20,372 bases of DNA from the IMG/VR virus record IMGVR_UViG_3300031957_002393, positions 1 to 20,372 of that record, one strand, 5' to 3'. Below, in pieces: positions 5,070-13,497 of this stretch. The notes under the pieces are model-generated. The model did no database searches. It was given only the letters and a program-made list of their open reading frames with translations, and was not told where the DNA came from. Numbering within the stretch: position 1 is the first letter of the stretch; every line of letters starts with the position of its first letter. The stretch is from a virus. Its lineage: Duplodnaviria > Heunggongvirae > Uroviricota > Caudoviricetes. A program made the position numbers and the translations under genes.

Positions 5070-8000
5070 CTCGTCAGGGACGCCAGGGCTTGAGCGTGTT
5101 ACCCTGTCAACCTCTCGTGTGGCAAGGTCACCCCCTTCCACCTCAGTGTAGGGAATGCCCATCATAGCAATGGATGCGGCCGCCATTTCAGCAGACATGA
5201 AGCCTGCCTTACTTGCGCTCGACATTGAGCGGTTAATGTTCATCAGATCGTGCATGGCAGGAATTGCGCGCAACATTTCCATCGTGTTAACATGGACACG
5301 GTAAGTGCCCTTGTCAAACTCATCCTTCGGTTGCTGGTAATCAACAACCATGGGCATCGTAGCGTGCAGTGCCCAGCCAGTGATAGGGTCGAGCTTCACA
5401 TAGTCACCGCGAGTAGCCTCTGTCTGCAACCCGACCGTTGCGCGCGCAAGTGCTCCAACAACAGGGGCCCGAGACACGTCGAACGTATCGGCTGTTTTCT
5501 TGGGTAACATGCGCATACGTGCGGTACCCTTGTCGATGTACACAGGCTTACCTTCGATCTGCGAGATACCTGCTTGTGCCAGCTCCACGCCAACGATTTC
5601 GGCTAGCGTCAACGTAAACATAGCTACAGCACTCATGTGTTCAGCCGCAGCCTGCGCAGACGTATCAGGCATCATCAACATACCCGTCACCATGTCACCA
5701 CGAGCCATCATACGCGCACGTTGCTGTGGGTCAGTTACGCTGCCTCCAAACTTAACCGTATCCTTGTTGGCAAGGTACGAAGGTGTAGGTGTTTCACTCG
5801 GACGCTGAGCCAGACCCTGGTAGAACTTCATCTCTTCACGAGACCAATCGTATAGCTGCATGGCGCCTGTGCCCACAGTCTTCGCCCGGTACATGCGACC
5901 GTCGATAGTCTGCGCCATGCCTGAGGAGACACCCTTGAAAATCATGCGGATTCGCGCCTTCTCAATATCAGGCATGTTCATGTAACCGCCGTACTCACGC
6001 TCACGATCCTCGATGAATGCGTAGTAAGCGTCTCGTTGTGTATCACTCTCGAAAGCATCAGGGTCCACGCCGTAAGGGTCTGTGGTGGCAGCGTCGATGA
6101 TTTGCTGTGCAGACTGAACTCCGTAGGAACGCAGACGACGGGACACACCCATGCGGTAGGCGCCCATGGGAGTTGTGATGACATCAAGGAACTGACGGTT
6201 GGCGTTCTTCTGGAAAGCCCAGTAAGGGAACATCAACTGAATCAGGTACTTGCGGTCGAAGGAAGAGATGGATCCCGCGAAGTCATAGTGCATTTCTACT
6301 GTGAGTCGAGCAGCAGAGCGGGGGTCGAGACCTTCCTGCATCAGCGAGATCATGACACCGATACGCGACCGGACATCGAATGCCTCAGCCAATTCATCAA
6401 CCACAGCCTCAAGCTCACGGTAGTTCTCCGAAGCCGCCGAAGCAACACGTTGAGCCGCACGAAGCGGCAGCATCTTCTGAGCCTCGGACGACAAGCTCAA
6501 ATCTCCAGGCTTCAACGTTGCAAGGTCTTTACGGCTTTTGTCAAACACCGCGCGAGAGATAGCGTCCGCAAGAAGTTGAGTGCCGAATGTAGAGGTAACA
6601 CCTTCCTCATTAGCGACGTTGAGAATCTCGTTGCCTGTGTACTCACCTGTCGGAGTCTTGATGATCGTAGAGTCACCGCGTAGAACCGTGTTGACTTCGA
6701 TCTTATGGCGACTGAGAGCAATACCTTGAGCTAACTTGTCTCCGATAGCTTGAAGGCTTTGACGGGCACGTTCACGCATATGGATGCCCGCAGGGCTTTG
6801 CTTCCACGCTTTCCATTTATTTTCGGCCTTGCCTGCAGCCGCGACAAAGTTAGCAACAAAAGGAGCCGCGAGAGCGTTTTGTGTGCTCGCGCGTGTAATG
6901 GCGTTAATGGCGGGCTTCAACCCGGCTTGGTTGAACGTGAGGTCAAAGATATCGGCCGTAGACAGAGTGAAATACTTTGTCTTAGCGAACACGAGGCCGC
7001 GAACCATAGTTCGCTTGAAGCGATTAACGGCAGCATCCAAAGTGTCTTGGTTGAGTAGCTTAGCGTTGGACGCGCTACCTGTAGCCTTAATGTCAGGGTT
7101 GAGGCCGCGAGAAATGGCTTTGTCGAGTAGCACCTGCGCGCCACGAGGGATGCCCATTCTCTGCCCGTTGATGTTCACACCAACCAGGGTGTTTACCAAT
7201 CCGATAGAGTTAACCACGTCCTGAGCAATATGAACCTCGTCGCCTTCAAGGTGAACGCCTCCGAGGAAGCGTTCATACGCCTTACGTTGCTTCTCCGTGA
7301 ACACGGCTCCGACGTTAACCGCCTCCATGGCAGCACGGTGGCCCGCAGCGTGAGCGACAAGCAACATGCCTGCCTGTCGAGACGCACCGCCGTGGACGCC
7401 ATAGGTAGCTTCGATTTCATCCAGCACCATCTTCGCACGCTTACCAGGGGGCTCGTTATCACCTGCCTTCAATAGTGCTCGTAGCACACGAGCGTCGCGG
7501 TGATCAAACGGTCCCGGCGTGTTGGTGTTCAGCACCCCTCGCTTGAGGTCAGTAAAGAAGCGACCACCGAACACAAGATCAACCTCCTGTTCATCCTTAG
7601 CCGTCTTTACATCACCGAACAACTTCTCCATCGCGTTCTGGTACTTCTTCTGCGTTTCCTTGGATGCATGCACAAGGTCAATATGGATATCTTCGCCAAT
7701 GTTAGTGGCGTTGAGCACCTGCATAACAATATCACGTTCCGCGTCATCCAAGGAATCGATCTTGCGCCACATGTAGGCACGGGTGATACCTATGGCATCA
7801 ACATAGCCAGCCGATGTCAGAGGCACACCTGTTGCCGTATGTAGCGACGTTTCGCCATCGAGGTAGCGGTAGAATGTAGGCAGGTCTTTTTCGCCCCGCA
7901 GAAGTAGTGCAGCGGCATCACCGACCGAACTCTCAACTGCCCGACTCATGCGAGTGTAGAGAGGTTTGAACGGCGCAGCGATGTCAGCAAGTTCCTCATG

Positions 8001-11000
8001 GGGTCGGCCGCCAAACATAATACCATGTGCAAGCTGGGCAATCGACTGTGTGTACGACTTCGCGCCCTCATCCTTCGTGGTACGGTAGTTGACGATGTGA
8101 TCGAGTAGGTCAGATAGCTTGTCCTGCTCAATTGTCTCACCTGCCGTTAGCGTGGGTGTCTTTGGTGCGCGCTTCGACAACTCGATTAGTTTACGTTCCT
8201 TCAGGGTGAGGTTGATGCGAGCAACTGCGTCAGGTGTGATGTCGATCTCACCGAACATAGGCTTCGTCATCTGGATAGAATCTCCGTCCACCACAGCCTG
8301 CTTCAACACATCACCTGTGACAGCAACTTCGTCACCATCAATCTTGACCGTATCTTGACCATTAGCGATCATGTGCGCAGCCATTTCGCCGTAGGTATCA
8401 ACCTTACGTGCAGCAGCCGAACGACGCATGGATTCTTCAAGCGACGCAGCAAAACTACCAGATTCGTACTGATCGATACGGGTATCACTCACGGTCTTCA
8501 GTTTACCAACGGGTTGCACCAACACCCGTGCATCCTTCCGAAGCTGAGCGATAGTCAACTCCAGGCCATGCCTATATGCCTTCTTCTGCAACTCCACCGC
8601 ATCCTTCATACGTTGCCAATCTTGCAGTGCGCCTTCGGGGGCGATCCGCTTTACTGCTTCCACTTCCTTGGCGATGTCGTTCTGCATGTCACGCATCTTA
8701 CGAATCTGCTTCAACTCGATAGATGCCGTCTTTTGCATCTGAGCGACTTTCTTTGCAAACTTCTCAGCCGCCTTCTTTGCGAGATTCGCTTCCTTCTGAG
8801 CGACACGGACACGTTCACTCAACTTGATTCGTTGAGTTTCAAGACGCTTTAACTTGCCTTGAAGTTGTCCGATAGACTTTCGTTTACTCTTGTCTTCCTT
8901 GATGTAAGTAAACAAATCGTCACGATTTGGTGCGTCAATGCCTAATTCGTCAAAGCCGTCAACAAAATCATCGACAATGCGTTTAATGTTTTCTCGGTTG
9001 TACCCTTCTTTATATGAAGCAGGATCGCTGCTGACCTTACGGATCAAATCGTGCTCAGCTAAGTATGCCTTACCTTTAGACATATCGGAGATAGAGCGCT
9101 CAGCGGATTGCCACGCAGTTATAGGCAATTCGTTCTTAGACTGCAACCACTTAACGAAGAAGCGTTCAGTTGCGTTGTACCCCAACTTGTTAGCGACAAG
9201 CTCATACGCTCGCATGGCGAGACGGTACAGCGCTTCTAACCAGCGATTCTCACGCCAAGGGTGCGATGAAGGAAGAGCGGATGGACCCTCCGTCATTTTG
9301 CTCAAGGTAAGGGCTGTTAGTTGCTCTGCAATCCATTCATCAAAAGTCTTTAAGCGGTAGCCAGCACTTGACACCGGAGCGCTAGCAAAAGACGAGACCA
9401 TATCAGCTAACTCGATCTGACGCTTTAGTGTGCCTTTACTTCTCAGCATGCGTGCGGTAATGTACTCTTTGTACATACTCTTTAAGTCTGATGCAGGAAT
9501 CCACGGAGTCATGGCGTGCCACAACTCATGAACAATAACCGAACCAACGGCAGCTTTCGGCTGTTGCAGCATGCGATCATAGATACTGATTACGTTAGTT
9601 GCGAACTTGAAAGATCCGCCTACCATTCCATGTGCAGACTTGAACGCAAAGTTAATAGCGTCTAAACCTTCGTTGCCCACTAACGCGATGGCTTCAACCG
9701 CAGCGTCTAAAGAGGCTTCCCAATTAGAAGGCACTTTAACCGGCACGTCCCCTTCAATTGCGTCCTTTACGGTCACCTTTAGCCGATCGACAAACGAGCG
9801 GGCGCGCACAAGATCCGCATCAGACGGACCTGCAAGCATGTATACAGTATCTTCAAGGGTAGAGTCCGGTTGACCCTCAAGCCATTTGTCCCACCGTTGA
9901 GCCGAAGTTAGCTTAGATTTTGAATCAGCCTTGACACCCTCTGTACTTTCAGACTGCTTGCGCACCTCTGCAGTTTTAGCAGGCTTTAGCTTATCTGTCT
10001 TTTTTTGTGCTTTGGTTTTCTTCGTCGCCTTGCGCTTCTCGTGAACATCACGCATGCGCTCAATTTGTTTCTGGTCTTTGATGATCCACTTTGTGTTGTA
10101 AATCTCAAGCTCTACTTCAGCCAGGGCTTCGACAACATCTTGTTTAGCGTTAAACTTGTCGTTTTGGATCTTCACCAATCGATCAACTTCAACCTTTGCA
10201 GCCTCGTATTGACGCACAAAGCGATCGTCAAGGTTCGATGTCAACGTATCCCATAGCTCGTCAACACGCTTCTGATCAACCGCAGCGTTGACACCCTTCG
10301 ACATCACATCAAATAGCTCCGAGGCAGCGGCCTTGAACGAATCCGTGTCACTGCCGCCCTGTTGACGATACATGTCAACGAGGGGCTTTGTGAACTTATC
10401 TGAGAGATGGCGACGTAAGGGCTCCTCGGCGATCTTGTAGTTACCTGTGTCAATGGCCTCAAAGATATCGTCGAGAACCTTCTCTTTCCAGGCAATGTCA
10501 TTTGTACGGCTAATATCAAGAGTAGAGCCTACCTTCGTTTGCTGCCCCGTAGTCTTGAAGATACGCTTCTGTAGAGACCTATGGTTCCAGTAACGTGTGG
10601 ACATGAAGTCGTCAATAACTTCGTTACCCTCTACACCGCCAAAGAATGTAGGCTCCCACTTCGCATCAAACAGGATGGATTCAGGTTCAGCTTCGTCTAC
10701 AACACGAGCCGCAGCCGCAGTGTTACGATCGATCCACGGACCAATAGCGTCACCCAACTTAGGATCTCGACGGAGTGAAGCCTCAAGCTCATTGGCTTTG
10801 GCGAAGTCACCTTTCACTGTAGCAACATGAACTGTCTCTACAGTGTTAGCCATTGTTTCGACACGAGCATCGCGACTGACACCGGCAACTTTGGCGATAG
10901 TCTTCATCACCTTTGTTCCGCCCTTCACAGCACTCGCAAGACCAGCGAATAGGTCAGGGAAGACTACAGCAAGAGGGAACGCAGCCACGGTACCTAAAAT

Positions 11001-12314
11001 CTCGCCACCGGCCCCACCGGTAGCCGTGCGCCCAGCTTTACCTCCAAGCTCAACCAAGTTGTCACGCCCCGCGACACCTTCGACCTGGGCGCGAATCATA
11101 GACTTACGGCCCGGCCCAAATGGAAGCTCACCATTAGCGATGCTGTTGACAGTGTGCGTCACCATGCCTGTGAGCGCGGCTTGAGGAATGTCGGCCATGT
11201 TAAGACCGTACTCAAGATTACTCTCACTAACAGCAGTCAAGCGATTGTTGTCGCGACTGTAGCCGAGCACTTCAACGTTGGGCGTCAGAGCTGTTTGCGT
11301 CGCACCAGCAACACGAGTCAACCATTCACCATACTCGCCCTTCTCCCACGCATCGTCAGCCAAACGGAACTGTTCAGGTACCGGAAGGTAACTATCGGAG
11401 AAGTGGAAAGCATTGAGCCTCACAGGTCCTGCGTTCGAGTTGACTGTACGCCATGCGATTGCAAGATCACGGTGACGCTTCGCTTCCCATTGGTAACGCT
11501 TCGTCCACTCTTCACGATCTTCGGGGGTTAGTCCAGCGTCCTCTGTAGCCTCACGCGCAGCTTCGTCAATCTCCGCAATAGTGACCATCTGATTCGTGTT
11601 CAGATAGTCAACCCACTCTACCATGCTTTCGTCTTTAAGCGCTCGACGGATCTGCTCCTGAGCAACCATGTACCCAAGCTCGCCCTCCTTGGCCACATTA
11701 GCATCGTATTCAGCGTCGTTGCTGAATAACATTGCCTGATCACCAACAATGTCGACTTCACGGTTCTTGTCGATGTCTTCTTCACGTAGCTGCGGCAGGG
11801 GCTTCAAACCTCCGGCGCTCTTCACAACATCGATGAACTCATCAGCCTTCGGTCGATCACGCCGTGTAGCCTTTTCCCATGCCTGCTTTGCAGGGTACTG
11901 CATCTGAGCAAGACGATCCTCAAACTCTTGGGGATCATACCCAAGTTCCGTTGCAACCTTATCAACCGTCTCGCCCCATGTCATAGGAGGGCGAAGTCGA
12001 GCAGGTGCGTCTTTGAACTCAGGGATAGTAGCGCTAACACCAGCTTGCCAGAGCTGCTTCGTAAAGTCCCTTAGTTCTTGCTCGGACAGCGGCGCGGGCG
12101 CAGATTCGGCCTCTGAGGGCTTGGGGGGCACAGGGGCGTCAGCCTTCGGAGCCAGGGGCTCGGGAGCAGCAGGAGCCGTAGGCGTGGCGGGAACCTGGGC
12201 AGGCGCGGGCGCCGGAGGAGGAGCCGCCCCTCGCTCAATTTCATCGAAGCTCAGAGGCTCGACCGCAGACACCTGCTGTGTGATCTCTTCGGGGGTCAGG
12301 ACGCGAGGAGGCAT
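5067..12314 (-). CDS. 2415-aa giant internal-virion (ejection) protein / large polyvalent protein with an embedded zincin metallopeptidase
   Basis: Pro/Ala-rich N-terminus, a Gly-rich hydrophobic segment (~10915-11045) and long coiled coils. HELWH (9530-9516) is followed by EWIAE. A C-terminal AARLTVEMHYDF...FPYWAF motif is of the kind seen in large podophage internal proteins. It is the last and largest gene of the ejection cluster. Confidence 0.8.
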   Translation of the reverse strand: MPPRVLTPEEITQQVSAVEPLSFDEIERGAAPPPAPAPAQVPATPTAPAAPEPLAPKADAPVPPKPSEAESAPAPLSEQELRDFTKQLWQAGVSATIPEFKDAPARLRPPMTWGETVDKVATELGYDPQEFEDRLAQMQYPAKQAWEKATRRDRPKADEFIDVVKSAGGLKPLPQLREEDIDKNREVDIVGDQAMLFSNDAEYDANVAKEGELGYMVAQEQIRRALKDESMVEWVDYLNTNQMVTIAEIDEAAREATEDAGLTPEDREEWTKRYQWEAKRHRDLAIAWRTVNSNAGPVRLNAFHFSDSYLPVPEQFRLADDAWEKGEYGEWLTRVAGATQTALTPNVEVLGYSRDNNRLTAVSESNLEYGLNMADIPQAALTGMVTHTVNSIANGELPFGPGRKSMIRAQVEGVAGRDNLVELGGKAGRTATGGAGGEILGTVAAFPLAVVFPDLFAGLASAVKGGTKVMKTIAKVAGVSRDARVETMANTVETVHVATVKGDFAKANELEASLRRDPKLGDAIGPWIDRNTAAAARVVDEAEPESILFDAKWEPTFFGGVEGNEVIDDFMSTRYWNHRSLQKRIFKTTGQQTKVGSTLDISRTNDIAWKEKVLDDIFEAIDTGNYKIAEEPLRRHLSDKFTKPLVDMYRQQGGSDTDSFKAAASELFDVMSKGVNAAVDQKRVDELWDTLTSNLDDRFVRQYEAAKVEVDRLVKIQNDKFNAKQDVVEALAEVELEIYNTKWIIKDQKQIERMRDVHEKRKATKKTKAQKKTDKLKPAKTAEVRKQSESTEGVKADSKSKLTSAQRWDKWLEGQPDSTLEDTVYMLAGPSDADLVRARSFVDRLKVTVKDAIEGDVPVKVPSNWEASLDAAVEAIALVGNEGLDAINFAFKSAHGMVGGSFKFATNVISIYDRMLQQPKAAVGSVIVHELWHAMTPWIPASDLKSMYKEYITARMLRSKGTLKRQIELADMVSSFASAPVSSAGYRLKTFDEWIAEQLTALTLSKMTEGPSALPSSHPWRENRWLEALYRLAMRAYELVANKLGYNATERFFVKWLQSKNELPITAWQSAERSISDMSKGKAYLAEHDLIRKVSSDPASYKEGYNRENIKRIVDDFVDGFDELGIDAPNRDDLFTYIKEDKSKRKSIGQLQGKLKRLETQRIKLSERVRVAQKEANLAKKAAEKFAKKVAQMQKTASIELKQIRKMRDMQNDIAKEVEAVKRIAPEGALQDWQRMKDAVELQKKAYRHGLELTIAQLRKDARVLVQPVGKLKTVSDTRIDQYESGSFAASLEESMRRSAAARKVDTYGEMAAHMIANGQDTVKIDGDEVAVTGDVLKQAVVDGDSIQMTKPMFGEIDITPDAVARINLTLKERKLIELSKRAPKTPTLTAGETIEQDKLSDLLDHIVNYRTTKDEGAKSYTQSIAQLAHGIMFGGRPHEELADIAAPFKPLYTRMSRAVESSVGDAAALLLRGEKDLPTFYRYLDGETSLHTATGVPLTSAGYVDAIGITRAYMWRKIDSLDDAERDIVMQVLNATNIGEDIHIDLVHASKETQKKYQNAMEKLFGDVKTAKDEQEVDLVFGGRFFTDLKRGVLNTNTPGPFDHRDARVLRALLKAGDNEPPGKRAKMVLDEIEATYGVHGGASRQAGMLLVAHAAGHRAAMEAVNVGAVFTEKQRKAYERFLGGVHLEGDEVHIAQDVVNSIGLVNTLVGVNINGQRMGIPRGAQVLLDKAISRGLNPDIKATGSASNAKLLNQDTLDAAVNRFKRTMVRGLVFAKTKYFTLSTADIFDLTFNQAGLKPAINAITRASTQNALAAPFVANFVAAAGKAENKWKAWKQSPAGIHMRERARQSLQAIGDKLAQGIALSRHKIEVNTVLRGDSTIIKTPTGEYTGNEILNVANEEGVTSTFGTQLLADAISRAVFDKSRKDLATLKPGDLSLSSEAQKMLPLRAAQRVASAASENYRELEAVVDELAEAFDVRSRIGVMISLMQEGLDPRSAARLTVEMHYDFAGSISSFDRKYLIQLMFPYWAFQKNANRQFLDVITTPMGAYRMGVSRRLRSYGVQSAQQIIDAATTDPYGVDPDAFESDTQRDAYYAFIEDREREYGGYMNMPDIEKARIRMIFKGVSSGMAQTIDGRMYRAKTVGTGAMQLYDWSREEMKFYQGLAQRPSETPTPSYLANKDTVKFGGSVTDPQQRARMMARGDMVTGMLMMPDTSAQAAAEHMSAVAMFTLTLAEIVGVELAQAGISQIEGKPVYIDKGTARMRMLPKKTADTFDVSRAPVVGALARATVGLQTEATRGDYVKLDPITGWALHATMPMVVDYQQPKDEFDKGTYRVHVNTMEMLRAIPAMHDLMNINRSMSSASKAGFMSAEMAAASIAMMGIPYTEVEGGDLATREVDRVTRSSPGVPDE

Positions 12315-12320
12315 GGGCGT

Positions 12321-12355
12321 TCTCGGGCAAAAGGTGGTACCACCTTAGCCCGAGA
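12321..12355. repeat. 35-bp imperfect palindrome with a perfect 16-bp core, AAGGTGGTACCACCTT
   Basis: tctcgggc (12321-12328) / gcccgaga (12348-12355) flank the self-complementary 12331-12346. Confidence 0.95.
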
Positions 12356-12370
12356 CTGCACGGTCAGCAA
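12341..12370 (-). promoter_or_regulatory. Putative promoter B upstream of the giant gene: TTGCTG-17-TAAGGT
   Basis: The -35 is at 12370-12365 and the -10 at 12347-12342. The spacer ends TGCAGTCTCGGGC, resembling promoter A. Confidence 0.55.
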
Positions 12371-12381
12371 GCGCTTACGTT

Positions 12382-13497
12382 TTAAGGCTGCTGCTCTTTT
12401 GCGTCTTTAAGCAACTTGATTGCACGGCTAAGATACTGCTTCTCATAAGGCGACGCATCTTCCATACGTTTATACAACAGATCCTCACGAGCCTGCAATT
12501 TACGTGTACGCGCATTGCGCATGTCGTTTAAGTCACCATCTACTAACGCTTGCTGGTACTCCTCGTTTCGGGCTTTGTCCGCTTTGATTGCTTCGGACAG
12601 TAACCCCTGACGCCACCCATACTTCTGACCTTCTTGTTGCAACGTGGTTTGAGGAGCGACAGGGCCTACTTCTTGCCCGAGTGCTTTGAGAGCATTCGCT
12701 AGCTTAGCTTTTTGCGTCTTCTCTTCGGGAGTGTTAGCTCTCGCCAAGAGATCGTACTTGTCACGAAAATCCTTAACGGTAGCGTCGTATGAACCTTCAC
12801 CGTACTTCGAATCGATCTCATGGCGTTTAGCGTTGATACGAGAGAGAGCTTCTTGGTTTTGCGTTGCTTGACGTTGTGCCTCTTCTTGTAGTTTTAGACG
12901 CGAGCCAGCAAAAGCTGCTTCTCCTTGAGCCTTGCCCATGGCCTCAGTAAATCCTTCTTGCTTGCGCAAACCTCGAAGGCGCTCTAACTCATCTTTCTTG
13001 CCTGCAAGTGCATAGGCTTTGTCTGCGAGGGCTGAGTTGAGCAGGGGTGATTGCGTTGCACCTCTCGCGGTTAAATCGATAGCAGGCACACCGATACCAT
13101 CGTACTCACGCTGAGACGGAGCGCTTTGGGCAATCAGGTTAGCTTGAGTTTGCTTATACTTAGCTTCTGGCGTTAGGTACGCAGTCCCGCCTGTCCACGG
13201 CATCGCTTTATCCGCTGCCTTAGCTACGCTGCGCGCAATGCGTCCAAGCGCTGCGTAGTCAGGGGTTTCAGAAGAAACCTCTACACGCTCGGGCGCGGCT
13301 TGGTTAGACGGTGTTGACGTGTCAACACTTTTATCTACAACATTGACAGCTGTAGCCGAGGCAGGTTCCTGCGGGGGCGATGTAGTAGCGGCAGGCGTCG
13401 CAGTTTCTTTGGGGGTTGTGGTCTTTGGTGCCTTAGTCTCTTTGGGTTCAGGCGCACCTGTCTGAGCTTGGATGGCCGCCCATTGTTTTGGTGTCAT
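12382..13497 (-). CDS. 371-aa internal-virion protein candidate (disordered Thr/Pro/Ala N-terminus, then coiled coil)
   Basis: TAATG overlap with the upstream gene and GGAG upstream. The composition is Ala/Gln/Lys-rich and helical, and it lies inside the ejection cluster. Confidence 0.7.
   Translation of the reverse strand: MTPKQWAAIQAQTGAPEPKETKAPKTTTPKETATPAATTSPPQEPASATAVNVVDKSVDTSTPSNQAAPERVEVSSETPDYAALGRIARSVAKAADKAMPWTGGTAYLTPEAKYKQTQANLIAQSAPSQREYDGIGVPAIDLTARGATQSPLLNSALADKAYALAGKKDELERLRGLRKQEGFTEAMGKAQGEAAFAGSRLKLQEEAQRQATQNQEALSRINAKRHEIDSKYGEGSYDATVKDFRDKYDLLARANTPEEKTQKAKLANALKALGQEVGPVAPQTTLQQEGQKYGWRQGLLSEAIKADKARNEEYQQALVDGDLNDMRNARTRKLQAREDLLYKRMEDASPYEKQYLSRAIKLLKDAKEQQP

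Noticed and set aside
8840-10040. Possible intein or self-splicing element in the giant gene
   Set aside because: There is no Cys/Ser start with a His-Asn-[CST] end, no LAGLIDADG or HNH motif, and the frame is uninterrupted. The content is a zincin domain.
12060-12300. High-GC low-complexity stretch as a DNA repeat or array
   Set aside because: It is explained by the Pro/Ala-rich N-terminal linker of the giant protein and has no regular repeat unit.
5067-12314. Giant protein as a virion RNA polymerase (N4- or crAss-like)
   Set aside because: No DxDGD/DFDGD or T7-type polymerase motifs were found. IDGDEV is only a partial coincidental match.
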